Counted from the first letter of the stretch, positions 1 through 11,145 are shown. The stretch is DNA of 64,000 nucleotides from Candidatus Eiseniibacteriota bacterium (GCA_005893295.1 VBOY01000031.1:1730-65729); one strand, 5' to 3'. Translations and numbers: made by a program. Notes: a model not told the origin generated them from the sequence alone.

Positions 1-54
1 CCGAGCGAGATCGATCTGGCGGCCTTGAGGGAGCTGCGCATCAAGCTCGAGTGA
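1..54 (+). CDS. aspS: 3' end of probable aspartate--tRNA ligase (partial)
   Basis: Frame 1 reads PSEIDLAALRELRIKLE*, resembling the bacterial AspRS C-terminal tail (PSxVxxxQLxELxI); only 17 residues are visible. Confidence 0.55.
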   Translation, partial: PSEIDLAALRELRIKLE

Positions 55-290
55 TCCGGCCGCCGGGCGGGGCGATGCGCCGATTGGGCTTCGGCAAAGA
101 CCGCGTCGACTCGATGTCCACGCCCGCCGCGCCGGGATCGTCCAGCCCGGCCAAGGCGCGGGCCCAGGAACGGGCGCCCCGCTTCATGTCGGAAACGAAT
201 TGAACGCAGGGTCGGCTCGCGCCACACTCACGCTTCGACCGAGAGAACGTCGTCCCTACAGGCTGGATCTGTTGCCAAAGGCTCCCCACC

Positions 291-3065
291 ATGAGTGCCC
301 CACGCGTGACCGACGCCGAGTCGTTGCGCCTCGCCGAGGATGCGAGCCGCGAGCAGAACTGGAAGCGCTGGGGACCCTATCTCGCCGAGCGTCAATGGAG
401 CACGGTGCGGGAGGACTACTCGCCGCACGGCACCGTGTGGAGCTACTTCCCCCACGATCACGCGCGCAGCCGCGCCTACCGTTGGGGCGAAGACGGTTTG
501 CTCGGCATCTGCGACCGCGAATGTCGCCTGTGCTTCGCGCTCGCGCTGTGGAACGGGCGCGATCCGATCCTCAAGGAGAGGCTGTTCGGCCTCACCGGGC
601 CCGAGGGCAACCACGGCGAGGACGTGAAGGAGTGCTACTTCTACCTCGACTCCTCACCCACGCACTCCTACATGAAGGCGCTCTACAAGTACCCGCAGCG
701 CGAGTTTCCCTATGCGCGGCTGGTCGAGGGGAACCGCGCGCGTGGCCCGCACGATCCCGAGCTGGAGCTCGTCGATACGGGCGCGTTCGACGACCAGCGC
801 TACTTCGACGTGATCGCCGAATACGCGAAAGCCTCGCCAGACGACGTGCTGATCCGAATCACGGTCGCCAACCGCGGGCCCGAGGCGGCGGTGTTTCACC
901 TGCTGCCCACGCTGTGGTTCCGCAACACCTGGGCGTGGGGCCGTCACGGCGAGGGCTATGGATCGAAGCCCGCGATCCGCCGCGGAGGCCCGTCCGCCTT
1001 GATCGCCGACCACGAGACGCTCGGGCGCTTTCGGCTCGTCGCCGGGGCGGGCCCCTATCGGGAGACGCCGCGGTTCCTGTTCACCGAGAACGAGACCAAC
1101 GTCGAGCGCTTGTTCGCCAGCCCCAATCCGACGCCCCACGTGAAGGACGCCTTCCACGAGCATGTGATCCGCGGCGGCGCGGGGGCTCTCCATGCGGCGC
1201 GCGAGGGAACGAAGGCGGCGGCGTGGTACCGGCTCGAGATTCCGGCCGAAAGCGAGGTGACGATCCGGCTGCGGTTGTCGAGCGACGACGAGGCTCCGGT
1301 CGATCCGCTGGGGGAGGAGTTCGATCGGATCTTCGAGCGGCGGATCGAGGAGACCGAGGCGTTCTACGCGGCACGGCTGCCGCGGGGGCTGACCGCCGAC
1401 GAGCGGCGTGTCGTGCGCCAGGGCTACGCCGGGCTCCTGTGGTCCAAGCAGTTCTACCACTACGTGGTCAAGGGCTGGATCGAAGGCGACCCGGCGCAGC
1501 CCGCCCCGCCTACGGAGCGGCGCTTCGGGCGCAATTGCGATTGGGGTCACGTGTTCAATCGAGACGTGATCTCGATGCCCGACAAGTGGGAGTACCCGTG
1601 GTACGCGGCCTGGGATCTCGCGTTCCACATGATCCCGTTCGCCCAGATCGATCCCGAGTTCGCCAAGCACCAGCTGTTGCTGTTCATGCGAGAGTGGTAC
1701 ATGCACCCCAACGGACAACTGCCCGCCTACGAGTTCGCGCTTGGCGACGTGAATCCGCCGGTGCACGCCTGGGCGTGCTGGCGTGTCTACAAGATGACCG
1801 GCGCACGCGGCCGCCGTGACCGGCTGTTCCTCGAGCGCGCGTTCCAGAAGCTGCTGATCAACTTCACCTGGTGGGTGAACCGCAAGGACCCCGATGGCCA
1901 CCATCTGTTCTCGGGCGGATTCCTGGGCCTCGACAACATCGGCGTCTTCGACCGGTCGCAGCCGCTGCCGACCGGCGGCCACCTGGAGCAAGCCGACGGC
2001 ACGGCGTGGATGGCGTTCTACTGCGCCACCATGCTGTCGATGGCGCTCGAGCTGGCTGCGGAGGACGCGGCCTACCAGGACGTGGCGTCCAAGTTCTTCG
2101 AGCACTTCGTCGCGATCACCGACGCCATGAACACGCTCGGCGGCGCCGGGCTGTGGAACGAGAACGACGGCTACTACTACGACCAGCTCCACATGGACGG
2201 CCGCACGGTCCCCCTCTCGGTGCGGTCCTTAGTGGGCGTGATTCCGCTGTTCGCGTGCGAGGTCCTCGAGGATCTCGTCATCGACCGGCTGCCGGGGTTC
2301 GCCAAGCGCATGTACTGGTTTCTCGACAACCGGCCCGAGCTGGCCCAGTACGTGACGGCCGTCTGCACCGCGGGGAAGGATCGCGGCCACCGACACGGGC
2401 CCGAATGCCACCGCTTGCTGGCGATTCCGTCACGCGACCGGCTCACCCGCGTACTGCGCTACGTGCTCGACGAGAACGAGCTGCTTTCGCCCTATGGGGC
2501 GCGGTCGGTGTCGCGGGCCCATCGCGACCAACCGTTCGTCTTCCGCGTCGACGGCGAGGACTATCGGGTCGACTACGAGCCCGGCGAATCCACCAGCGGC
2601 CTGTTCGGCGGCAACTCGAACTGGCGCGGCCCGGTGTGGTTTCCGCTCAACTACCTGCTGATCGAAGCACTCGAGCGCTACCATCACTTCTACGGCGATT
2701 CGCTCACGGTCGAATGCCCCGTCGGATCGGGGCGGATGATGAACTTGGCCGAAGTCGCGCGCGAACTTTCACGGCGCCTCGCTAGCCTGTTCCTTGCGGA
2801 CGCGAATGGAAGGCGCCCGGCTCACGGCGATGACGTGCGCTTCGCGCAGGACCCGCACTGGAAGGACCTGGTGCTGTTCCACGAGTACTTCCACGGCGAC
2901 ACGGGGCGCGGCCTCGGCGCCAGCCACCAGACCGGCTGGACCGCGCTCGCCGTGCGCTGCCTCGAGGAGCAAGGCAAGGCGCGGGCGCGCGCCGGCGGGG
3001 AGAGGAGCAGGGCAGCCAGGGAACGTCGAGGGGAGACCATCGAGCATGGCGCACGTTCCCGATAG
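291..3065 (+). CDS. GH63/MGH1-like glucosidase (mannosyl-oligosaccharide glucosidase family)
   Basis: 924-aa ORF with [47 protein letters not shown] and GASHQTGWT motifs. Confidence 0.9.
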   Translation: MSAPRVTDAESLRLAEDASREQNWKRWGPYLAERQWSTVREDYSPHGTVWSYFPHDHARSRAYRWGEDGLLGICDRECRLCFALALWNGRDPILKERLFGLTGPEGNHGEDVKECYFYLDSSPTHSYMKALYKYPQREFPYARLVEGNRARGPHDPELELVDTGAFDDQRYFDVIAEYAKASPDDVLIRITVANRGPEAAVFHLLPTLWFRNTWAWGRHGEGYGSKPAIRRGGPSALIADHETLGRFRLVAGAGPYRETPRFLFTENETNVERLFASPNPTPHVKDAFHEHVIRGGAGALHAAREGTKAAAWYRLEIPAESEVTIRLRLSSDDEAPVDPLGEEFDRIFERRIEETEAFYAARLPRGLTADERRVVRQGYAGLLWSKQFYHYVVKGWIEGDPAQPAPPTERRFGRNCDWGHVFNRDVISMPDKWEYPWYAAWDLAFHMIPFAQIDPEFAKHQLLLFMREWYMHPNGQLPAYEFALGDVNPPVHAWACWRVYKMTGARGRRDRLFLERAFQKLLINFTWWVNRKDPDGHHLFSGGFLGLDNIGVFDRSQPLPTGGHLEQADGTAWMAFYCATMLSMALELAAEDAAYQDVASKFFEHFVAITDAMNTLGGAGLWNENDGYYYDQLHMDGRTVPLSVRSLVGVIPLFACEVLEDLVIDRLPGFAKRMYWFLDNRPELAQYVTAVCTAGKDRGHRHGPECHRLLAIPSRDRLTRVLRYVLDENELLSPYGARSVSRAHRDQPFVFRVDGEDYRVDYEPGESTSGLFGGNSNWRGPVWFPLNYLLIEALERYHHFYGDSLTVECPVGSGRMMNLAEVARELSRRLASLFLADANGRRPAHGDDVRFAQDPHWKDLVLFHEYFHGDTGRGLGASHQTGWTALAVRCLEEQGKARARAGGERSRAARERRGETIEHGARSR

Positions 3066-5055
3066 CACGGCGGAGTGGCTGGAAGCCGACGGTCTCGGCG
3101 GCTTCGCTTCGGGCACCGCGAACGGTGTGCGGACGCGGCGTTACCACGCGCTGCTGCTCGCGGCGACCACGCCCCCGACCGGGCGAATGGCGCTGGTGAA
3201 CGCGATCGAGGCGTGGCTCGAGTGTGGCGGCGGCGCCGAGCCCCTCACCACCCACCGCTATGCGCCGGACGTGCTCTATCCCGACGGCAGGCGGCGGCTC
3301 GAAGCGTTCGAGGCCGATCCGTGGCCGCGCTGGACGTATCGACTCGACGATGGGCGCGCAGTGGAGCACGAGGTCTTGGTCGGTGCCGGCCGGCCTCTGG
3401 TGGCTTTGAGCTGGAGACTCGCTCCGCGTGGGCGTGCGGCCCGATCACGCGGCGGACCCGCGCGGCTGCGCGTGCGGCCCTTGCTCTCGGGCCGCGACAG
3501 CCACGCGCTGCACCACGAGAACCCGGCGTTTCGCTTCGATGCCGAGACTCGCGACGGCCTCGTGGTCTGGCGGCCGTACGATGACGTGCCCGCGATCGCG
3601 GCGCTCGCCAACGGGAGCTACCAGCAGCGGACCGCCTGGTACCGCGGCTTCCTCTACGAGGAAGAGCGCGTTCGCGGCCTCGATTGCGTCGAGGACTTGG
3701 CCTCTCCGGGCGAGTTCTCGTGGGACCTGACCCACGTCGAGGCGGTGCTCGTACTTGCGGCCGAATGCGGCTCCGCGTTCACGCCGCTGGGTGAGGACGC
3801 GCGCGCAACGCTCGAGAGCCTGCGCGCCTCCGAGCGCCGGCGCCGGCGGCGCTTCCCCTCGCGTCTCGAGCGCGCGGCGGCCGACTACGTGGTGCGGCGC
3901 GGCCGCGGCAAGACGATCGTGGCGGGCTATCCCTGGTTCACCGATTGGGGGCGCGACACCTTCATCGCGCTGCGCGGCCTGTGCCTGGCGACCGGGCGAC
4001 TCGAAGAGGCGCGCGCGATCCTGCTCGAGTGGGCGGGCACCGTCTCGCGGGGGATGCTGCCCAACCGCTTCGTCGAGCGCGGCGAGGCGCCGGAGTTCAA
4101 TTCGGTGGATGCATCGCTGTGGTACGTCGTCGCGGTGCACGAAACGCTCGAGGCGCTGGCGGCCCGCGGCCGCCTCTCCGTTGCCGTGCGGCGCCGCCTC
4201 GAGGCTGCTTCGGACGCGATCCTCGAGGGCTACGCCTCGGGGACGCGCTACGGCATCCACGCCACCGACGACGGCTTGCTCGCCGCGGGCGAGCCCGGAG
4301 TCCAGCTGACGTGGATGGACGCCAAGGTGGGCGACTGGGTGGTCACGCCGCGGATTGGAAAGCCGGTCGAGGGGCAGGCCCTGTGGCTGAACGCGCTGCG
4401 CATCGGGGCGCAGCGCTCCGAGCGCTGGGGAGCCATCTACGAACGTGGCCTGGAGTCCTTCCGCGCGCGCTTCTGGGACGACGCCCGCGGCTACCTGGCC
4501 GACGTCGTGGACGTAGCCCATCGCCAAGGCGCGGTGGACCATTCGTTTCGACCCAACCAGATCTTCGCGGTCGGCGGGCTGCCGTTCGCGATCTTGGGCG
4601 GCGGGCGGGCCCGCCGCTTGGTCGACCTGGTGGAATCGCGCCTGTGGACGCCGCTGGGGCTGCGGTCGCTCGCTCCAGGCGAGCCCGGGTACGCGCCGCG
4701 CTACCAGGGCGGAGTGCGCGAGCGCGACGGCGCCTATCACCAAGGCACCGTGTGGCCGTGGCTCGCCGGGCCGTTCGTCGAAGCCTGGGTGCGAGTTCGC
4801 TCCGACACCGACGAGGCCAAGCGCGAAGCGCGCGCGCGCTTCCTTCACCCGCTGCTGCGCCACGTCGGCGAGGCGGGCCTCGGTCATATCAGCGAGATCG
4901 CCGACGCCGAGCCGCCGCACACACCGCGCGGCTGCCCGTTCCAAGCCTGGTCGGTGGGGGAGGCGTTGCGCCTGAAGCACCGGGTCCTCGCCGCGCCTGA
5001 GACCGAGCGACCGCGGGCGCCGCAGCGGGCGCGCAACGAGCTGGCGATCTCGTGA
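3046..5055 (+). CDS. Glycogen debranching enzyme / amylo-alpha-1,6-glucosidase (GDE_N + GDE_C)
   Basis: [46 protein letters not shown] and GCPFQAWS motifs; start placed at ATG 3046 after GGGAG. Confidence 0.9.
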   Translation: MAHVPDSTAEWLEADGLGGFASGTANGVRTRRYHALLLAATTPPTGRMALVNAIEAWLECGGGAEPLTTHRYAPDVLYPDGRRRLEAFEADPWPRWTYRLDDGRAVEHEVLVGAGRPLVALSWRLAPRGRAARSRGGPARLRVRPLLSGRDSHALHHENPAFRFDAETRDGLVVWRPYDDVPAIAALANGSYQQRTAWYRGFLYEEERVRGLDCVEDLASPGEFSWDLTHVEAVLVLAAECGSAFTPLGEDARATLESLRASERRRRRRFPSRLERAAADYVVRRGRGKTIVAGYPWFTDWGRDTFIALRGLCLATGRLEEARAILLEWAGTVSRGMLPNRFVERGEAPEFNSVDASLWYVVAVHETLEALAARGRLSVAVRRRLEAASDAILEGYASGTRYGIHATDDGLLAAGEPGVQLTWMDAKVGDWVVTPRIGKPVEGQALWLNALRIGAQRSERWGAIYERGLESFRARFWDDARGYLADVVDVAHRQGAVDHSFRPNQIFAVGGLPFAILGGGRARRLVDLVESRLWTPLGLRSLAPGEPGYAPRYQGGVRERDGAYHQGTVWPWLAGPFVEAWVRVRSDTDEAKREARARFLHPLLRHVGEAGLGHISEIADAEPPHTPRGCPFQAWSVGEALRLKHRVLAAPETERPRAPQRARNELAIS

Positions 5056-6455
5056 GCGCGATGGACGCCGAAGCGCCGGCGGCCGGCACCCGCATGAAGC
5101 CGCCGCGGATCGTCATCCTGGGGGGTGGGTTCGGTGGGCTCGCCGCAGCGATCGAGCTGGAGCGCACGCTGGCGCGCCAGGGCCGGGCCGAGGTGACGCT
5201 GGTCAATCGCGACAACTTTCACCTCTTCACTCCGATGCTCCACGAGGTGGCGGCGAGTGACCTGGATCTCACCCACATCGTGAACCCGATCCGCAAACTC
5301 CTGAAGCGGGTCCAGCTCTTCGTCGGCCACGTCGAGCGCATCGACCTCGATCACCGGCGCGTCGTCGTCTCGCACGGTGACGATGGCCACCGGCACGAGC
5401 TGGCCTATGACCACTTGGTCGTGGCGCTCGGCTCGATCACGCATCTGGCGACGCCCGGCCCCGAAGGCCACACCCTGACGATGAAGACCCTCGGCGACGC
5501 GATCCACTTGAGGAACCACGTGATCGAGCGCCTGGAGGAAGCCGACTTCGAGTGCGCCGCCGAGGCTCGCGAGCCGCTGCTCACGGTGGTGGTGGCAGGC
5601 GGAGGGTTTGCGGGCGTGGAGACGCTGGCCGCCGTCAACGACTTCGCGCGCGATGCGCTACCGTTCTACTCGCGGCTCGAGGAGCGCCAGCTGCGCATGG
5701 TGCTGGTCCATTCGGGGCCCACGGTCCTGCCCGAGCTGGGAGAGAAGTTGGGTCGCTACGCCGAGCGCAAGCTCGCCCGCCGCGGCGTCGAGGTGCGGAC
5801 GGGAACGCGGATCGTGGCGGTGGGGCCGAACGAGGTTGCGCTGAGCGACGGCACGAGCATCCGCACCGGCACCTTGGTGTGGACCGCGGGCATGGCGCCG
5901 AACCCGTTGCTCTCCGACTTGCCGTGCGGTCGCGAGCGCGGACGGATCGTGGTCGACCCCACCTTGGCCGTGCCGGGCTGGCCGGGGGTGTGGGCGCTCG
6001 GCGACTGCGCGTTGGTGCCGGACGTGAAGGGAGGGTTCTGTCCGCCCACCGCCCAGCACGCGCTCCGCCAAGGGAAGCTCGCCGCCCACAACATCGCCGC
6101 CGCGCTCGCCGGCCGGACGGGCGAGCGCTTCGTCTTCTCGACGCTGGGCCAGCTCGCGGCGATCGGCAAGCGTACCGGGGTGGCGCGAATCTTGGGCGTG
6201 AACTTCTCGGGGTTCGCGGCGTGGTGGCTGTGGCGCACCGTCTACCTCGCCAAGCTGCCGCGGTTCGAGAAGAAGGTGCGCGTGATGCTGGACTGGACGC
6301 TCGACCTGATGTTCTCGAAGGACCTGGTCCAGTTCACGACCCACCGCGCGCCGTCGCTTTCCCACGACGCGAGCGCGGCGCTCAAGACCACGGCGGCGGG
6401 GCCCCGGGGGTCCGAGCCCCGGCCGGCCGAGTCCGAACCGGCCGCCGTGCCGTAG
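5052..6455 (+). CDS. Type II NADH dehydrogenase-like NAD(P)/FAD oxidoreductase
   Basis: Two Rossmann motifs (GGGFGG; GGGFAGVE), plus WALGDCA, PPTAQHA and a C-terminal WWLWRTVYL helix. Confidence 0.88.
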   Translation: MSAMDAEAPAAGTRMKPPRIVILGGGFGGLAAAIELERTLARQGRAEVTLVNRDNFHLFTPMLHEVAASDLDLTHIVNPIRKLLKRVQLFVGHVERIDLDHRRVVVSHGDDGHRHELAYDHLVVALGSITHLATPGPEGHTLTMKTLGDAIHLRNHVIERLEEADFECAAEAREPLLTVVVAGGGFAGVETLAAVNDFARDALPFYSRLEERQLRMVLVHSGPTVLPELGEKLGRYAERKLARRGVEVRTGTRIVAVGPNEVALSDGTSIRTGTLVWTAGMAPNPLLSDLPCGRERGRIVVDPTLAVPGWPGVWALGDCALVPDVKGGFCPPTAQHALRQGKLAAHNIAAALAGRTGERFVFSTLGQLAAIGKRTGVARILGVNFSGFAAWWLWRTVYLAKLPRFEKKVRVMLDWTLDLMFSKDLVQFTTHRAPSLSHDASAALKTTAAGPRGSEPRPAESEPAAVP

Positions 6456-6487
6456 CGGCTCCGGGACCCCCGCGAGGCGACAGGGCC

Positions 6488-8092
6488 ATGTCGAGCCAAA
6501 GGCACTACGACGTGATCATCATCGGCACCGGAGCCGGCGGTGGCACGCTCGCTTGGGCGCTCTCCTCGACCGGGAAGCGGATCCTGCTGCTCGAGCGCGG
6601 CGACTACGTGACCCGCGAGGCCGAGAACTGGAGCACCGAGGCGGTCGTGCTCCACGGACGCTACAACAACGCCGACCCATGGCTCGACCGCAACGGCAAG
6701 GAGTTCCAAGCGGGGACCCATTACTTCGTGGGCGGGAACACCAAGTTCTATGGAGCCGCCCTGCTGCGGATGCGGGAGCGTGACTTCGGCGAGGTCCGTC
6801 ACGCCGGTGGTGTCTCGCCCGCCTGGCCGATCGCCTACGCCGACCTCGAGCCCTACTACACCGCCGCCGAGCGGCTCTACCACGTACACGGCAATCGAGG
6901 CTCGGATCCCACCGAGCCGTGGGCGAGCGCTCCCTACGCGTACCCGGGGGTGAGCCACGAGCCGCGCATCCAGCGCCTGCACGATGGTCTGGCCGCGCTC
7001 GGCCACCGCCCGTTCCACCTGCCGATCGGCGTCATGTTGGATGAGCAGAACAAGCGAGCCAGCCGCTGTATCCGCTGCGCCACCTGTGACGGGCATCCGT
7101 GCTTGGTGAACGCCAAGGCCGACGCCCAAGTGTGCTGCGTGGATCCGGCGCTCGAGCACCCGAACGTGACGCTCGCGACCCGTGCGTTCGTCGAGCGACT
7201 CACCACCGATGGGTCGGGACGCACGGTCATCGGGGTCGAGGTGGTGGAGGGCGGTGCCCCCGTCGCCTATTCGGCGGACATCGTGGTGGTTTCCTGTGGG
7301 GCGGTCAACACCGCGGCGATGCTGCTCCGCTCGGCGAACGACGCGCACCCGCGCGGTCTCGCGAACCGCTCCGACCAGGTGGGCCGCAACTACATGTGCC
7401 ACCTGAACTCGGTCTTGCTCGCGATCTCCAAATGCCCGAATCCGACCGTGTTCCAGAAGACGCTCGCCCTGAACGATTTCTATTACGGCGCGGACGACTG
7501 GGAATATCCGCTCGGCCACATCTCGTTCATCGGCAAGACCGACGCGCACGTGCTGGCGGCGGGCGCGCCCAAGCTCACGCCGGGCTGGACGCTCGACCAG
7601 ATGGCGAAGCACTCGCTCGACTTCTGGCTCACCTCGGAAGACCTGCCGGATGCGGCGAACCGCGTGACCGTGGAGCGCGGCCGGAAGACGCGGCTTTCGT
7701 ATGCGCCCAACAACGAAGAGGGGCACAAGCGGCTCAAGGCCAAGGTCCAGGACCTGCTCGGCAGGATACCGTGCGACGTTCACGGCACGAAGTGCCACGA
7801 GGGCTTGGCGCGGCTCAACGCCTACATCGGCAAGCGCATCCCGCTCGCCGGCGTGGCGCACCAGAACGGCACCTGCCGCTTCGGACGCGACCCGAAGGCC
7901 TCGGTGCTCGACGTGAACTGCAAGGCCCACGACCTGGACAACCTGTACGTGGTGGATGGCAGCTTCTTCCCGTCCAGCTCGGCGGTGAACCCGGCGCTCA
8001 CCATCATGGCGAACGCGCTGCGCGTGGCGGATCATCTCAAGGAGCGGCTCTCGGTCCGCGGCGCGACGATGGCGGCGGAAGGTGCGAGGTGA
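6488..8092 (+). CDS. GMC family oxidoreductase
   Basis: YDVIIIGTGAGG, VGGNTKFYG, CxxCxxCxxxxC, VGRNYMCH, HQNGTCRFG and SAVNPALT motifs. Confidence 0.9.
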   Translation: MSSQRHYDVIIIGTGAGGGTLAWALSSTGKRILLLERGDYVTREAENWSTEAVVLHGRYNNADPWLDRNGKEFQAGTHYFVGGNTKFYGAALLRMRERDFGEVRHAGGVSPAWPIAYADLEPYYTAAERLYHVHGNRGSDPTEPWASAPYAYPGVSHEPRIQRLHDGLAALGHRPFHLPIGVMLDEQNKRASRCIRCATCDGHPCLVNAKADAQVCCVDPALEHPNVTLATRAFVERLTTDGSGRTVIGVEVVEGGAPVAYSADIVVVSCGAVNTAAMLLRSANDAHPRGLANRSDQVGRNYMCHLNSVLLAISKCPNPTVFQKTLALNDFYYGADDWEYPLGHISFIGKTDAHVLAAGAPKLTPGWTLDQMAKHSLDFWLTSEDLPDAANRVTVERGRKTRLSYAPNNEEGHKRLKAKVQDLLGRIPCDVHGTKCHEGLARLNAYIGKRIPLAGVAHQNGTCRFGRDPKASVLDVNCKAHDLDNLYVVDGSFFPSSSAVNPALTIMANALRVADHLKERLSVRGATMAAEGAR

Positions 8093-8097
8093 GGCGA

Positions 8098-8217
8098 ATG
8101 GAGCACGTCGCTCACGTCCCGCCGCGGATGGTCGAATCGCCGCGCCCGCTCGGGTTCGGGAAGGGCGTTCTCGTCCGAGACCCCGATCGCCACGTCATGG
8201 AGGTTGTGTCACGATGA
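8098..8217 (+). pseudogene. Remnant of a VOC/glyoxalase family gene (C-terminal strand only)
   Basis: 39-aa ORF ending LGFGKGVLVRDPDRHVMEVV, similar to the VOC 'xxDPDGH/N' motif; its stop overlaps the next ATG. Confidence 0.55.
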
Positions 8218-9377
8218 GCCCGAACGTCATGCAGGCGGAACGTGCGACTCACGAGGGCGAAACGACCACCATGAAGGCGATCGCCGTCCACCCCGGCCGA
8301 CCCAACTCGGTGCACCTGGCCCGGCTCGAGAAGCCCTCGCTCGACGACGTGCCGGGCGGGCGTGGCGTCCTGGTGCGCGTGCTGCGGGTGGGCCTGGACG
8401 GCACCGACAAGGAGATCAACGCGGCCGAGTACGGTCAGGCGCCCCCTGGCTACGACTTCCTCGTGATCGGGCACGAGAGCCTGGGCCGCGTCGAGGCGGT
8501 GGGCCCCAACGTGGCCGAGCTGGCGCTTGGCGATTACGTGGTGGCCACGGTGCGCCGCCCGGGCAGGAGCCTCTACGACACCATCGGCACCTACGACATG
8601 ACCACCGACGACGTCTACTTCGAGCGCGGGATCAACCTGCGCCACGGCTACTTGACCGAGTACTACGTGGACGATCCGGAGTACATCGTCAAGATTCCGG
8701 CGGGCTTGAAGGAGGTCGCGGTGCTGCTCGAGCCCACGACCGTGGTGGAGAAGGGCATCGCCCAGGCGTTCGAGATCCAACGGCGCCTGCGGGTGTGGCG
8801 GCCGCGACGAGCGTGCGTGATGGGCTCGGGGACGATCGGCCTGCTCGCCGCTCTCGCCTTGCGGCTGCGCGGGCTCGAGGTCACGGTGCTCTCGCGCGCC
8901 CCGAAGCCCTACCTCAACTCGGACCTGGTCGAGGCCCTCGGCGCTCGCTACGAGGCGGTCGGCGACGTCGCGCTCGCAGAGGCCGCGAAGCGCTGGGGAC
9001 CGTTCGACTTGATCTTCGAAGCGACGGGCTTCTCGCCGGTGGTGTTCGAGGCCATGCAGGCGCTGGGCAAGAACGGCGTGCTGGTGCTCTCGAGCGTCAC
9101 CGGCGGCGATCGCACCGTCGAGGTGCCCGCCGACCGAATCAACCTCGAGTTCGTGCTCGGCAACAAGGTGATGGTGGGGACGGTGAATGCGAACCGCGAG
9201 TACTTCGAGCTGGGCGTGCGCGACATGGCGCAGGCCGAGGCCGAGGTTCCCGGTTGGCTCGCTCGCCTCCTCACGCACCCGGTCCGCGGGCTCGACAACT
9301 ACGCCGAGCTGTTCGACACGCTCACCTCGGCCAAGGGCGCGATCAAGGTGTTCTGCGAGGTGGCGCCGCTGGAATAG
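8214..9377 (+). CDS. Zinc-dependent (MDR family) glucose 1-dehydrogenase
   Basis: MKAIAV, GLDGTDKEI, GHE, VATVRRP, ERGI, LLEP and VGTVNA motifs; alternative start at ATG 8271. Confidence 0.85.
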   Translation: MSPNVMQAERATHEGETTTMKAIAVHPGRPNSVHLARLEKPSLDDVPGGRGVLVRVLRVGLDGTDKEINAAEYGQAPPGYDFLVIGHESLGRVEAVGPNVAELALGDYVVATVRRPGRSLYDTIGTYDMTTDDVYFERGINLRHGYLTEYYVDDPEYIVKIPAGLKEVAVLLEPTTVVEKGIAQAFEIQRRLRVWRPRRACVMGSGTIGLLAALALRLRGLEVTVLSRAPKPYLNSDLVEALGARYEAVGDVALAEAAKRWGPFDLIFEATGFSPVVFEAMQALGKNGVLVLSSVTGGDRTVEVPADRINLEFVLGNKVMVGTVNANREYFELGVRDMAQAEAEVPGWLARLLTHPVRGLDNYAELFDTLTSAKGAIKVFCEVAPLE

Positions 9378-9402
9378 GGCGGCAGGCCGATTCCGCGTTG
9401 GC

Positions 9403-9591
9403 AGGCTGCGGAAAAAGCCCGACTGCTGCGTTGCTCGGTCGCTCCTCGCTGCCATGAAAAAAGAAGGTCTTCGCCGCCCCATTTTCATCGATCGTGGTGC
9501 GCCCTCAAGGCGCCTTGGGTCTGCGGAGTATCTTACGATACGCCTCGCTCGTCGCTTCCTCGCGCCTTGCATTCAGGCTTTTCAGCAGCCT
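9403..9591. mobile_element. MITE/REP-like palindromic element with imperfect terminal inverted repeats
   Basis: Left end AGGCTGCGGAAAAAGCC versus right end GGCTTTTCAGCAGCCT; internal inverted pairs ATGAAAA/TTTTCAT, CAAGGCGCCTTG and GTATC/GATAC; non-coding composition. Confidence 0.65.
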
Positions 9592-9786
9592 ACAGCGCAA
9601 CGCTGGCCCTGCCGGATGCCGGCATCTGGACCCTCGAGATCGACAGCTGCTACTGCGAGACGCGAATGGAGCCGTTGCGGGTGACGGTGCTGGAGAAGCC
9701 CTCGTAGGCGTGCGGCCAAACGGGCATCAGGCGGCCTCGCGGGGCGGCCTGACGCGTGTGTACCCCCAGACTCGGCGGCGGGCCGG

Positions 9787-10929
9787 TCACTCGATCGCTG
9801 GGGCCATGAACATTCCGAGTCCGAAGCTCGACCGCGTTCCGGAGCCGGCGCGCCGCAGCAGACGCACGCCGCCCGAGCCGGTATCGAGCCGGATGCGGCC
9901 CGCGCCGTCGCCGATCCGCCCGCGCACGTGATCGTGCTCGACCAGCGACGACTGGTGTGCCACGTCCACCTCGATCGAGCCGCCACCGGTCTCGATGTCG
10001 AACTCGGCCCCGAGCTGGGACGACACCATGATCGTGATGCTCCCGGAACCCGTGTCGACGTCGAGTGAGCGCACGTCCCCGGCAAGGTCCGCGGCTACGG
10101 TGCCGCTGCCGGTGTCGACCCGGATGTCGTCGGCGCGCACGGTTCCCAGGTCCACCGAGCCCGAGCCGGTTTCCCCGACCAGGTGCTCGACTTGGAGGTC
10201 CGATCCTTCGACCCCGCCCGACCCGGTGTCGATCGAGAGGTGCACGCCCCGCACCTGCGACACCGAGACATTGCCCGAGCCGGTGCCGATCGTCACGTCG
10301 CCGTGCACGTCCGTCACCCGCACCGCACCCGAGCCAGTGTCGACGACCAGCGCTCCACGCGTACCCTTCACCTCAGCCCCGCCCGACCCCAGGTCGATCG
10401 TCAGATCGCCGTCGATTCCCGAGGCGTGCGCCTGGCCCGCGATCATGTGCACTTGGAGCGAACGGCCGGCGGGAACCAAGACGCGCAGGTCGGCGTGCGC
10501 CTGGAGGCCCCCGCCCGAGCCCGCCACGGTGACCCGGCGGCCGGCGAGGAAGCCGAGCGCATGGTCGCCGATCGTGCCGTCGTCCGAGACCGCGGCCCTC
10601 GTTGTCGAACCCCGCCCGAGCTTGGGATAGACCACGCGGTTTCCCGGGTAGATGACGCGCAAGGTCGACCAGGTGCCTTTCATGCCGGTCTCGACCTTGA
10701 GCGACGCGGCGTCCTTGCCCCCCCGTACCACCTCGACCACCACGTCGGCCCCGCTTCCCGACTCCACGGTCAGCTCGCCGGCAAGGTTGTGGATCGCCAC
10801 CTGACCGCCCGGCACGCGGTAACGCTCGGGGTGCTCCGAAGGTCCGGCGGCGGCGGCCCCGAGCGCCAGGGCCGCGGCGAGCGGGACCAGAACGCGGCCT
10901 AGCGCGCGACGAACCGCAACGTTCTTCAT
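9787..10929 (-). CDS. Exported DUF4097-like beta-strand repeat protein
   Basis: Signal peptide followed by many (I/V)DTGSGxV repeats. Confidence 0.8.
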   Translation of the reverse strand: MKNVAVRRALGRVLVPLAAALALGAAAAGPSEHPERYRVPGGQVAIHNLAGELTVESGSGADVVVEVVRGGKDAASLKVETGMKGTWSTLRVIYPGNRVVYPKLGRGSTTRAAVSDDGTIGDHALGFLAGRRVTVAGSGGGLQAHADLRVLVPAGRSLQVHMIAGQAHASGIDGDLTIDLGSGGAEVKGTRGALVVDTGSGAVRVTDVHGDVTIGTGSGNVSVSQVRGVHLSIDTGSGGVEGSDLQVEHLVGETGSGSVDLGTVRADDIRVDTGSGTVAADLAGDVRSLDVDTGSGSITIMVSSQLGAEFDIETGGGSIEVDVAHQSSLVEHDHVRGRIGDGAGRIRLDTGSGGVRLLRRAGSGTRSSFGLGMFMAPAIE

Positions 10930-11051
10930 GAGTGTCCCCCCCGTCTTGGGATCGAGACCACCACTCCGCCCGGTCTCGTCATGGGACGGCGGATCGCCCC
11001 CAAAGGTTGGCGCCTCTTGAATGCCCGGTCAGGAAGGCTCAGGGGGTCCTT

Positions 11052-11078
11052 TACGGGGGGCGCGGGCCGAAGGTTTCC
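11052..11078 (-). promoter_or_regulatory. Putative ECF-sigma promoter GGAAAC-N17-CGTA driving the minus-strand DUF4097 gene
   Basis: The reverse strand reads GGAAAC-cttcggcccgcgccccc-CGTAAA, containing the AAC/CGT signature of ECF promoters. Confidence 0.45.
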
Positions 11079-11117
11079 CTTGGGCTCGGCGGCCTTTTAC
11101 CCGCGCCGGGCCGACGG

Positions 11118-11145
11118 TGAAACCCAGGAGAGGGCGGTGCGCGTA
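11118..11145 (+). promoter_or_regulatory. Putative ECF-sigma promoter TGAAAC-N18-CGTA driving the plus-strand DUF4097 gene
   Basis: TGAAAC at 11118 and CGTA at 11142; the spacer is slightly long. Confidence 0.4.
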
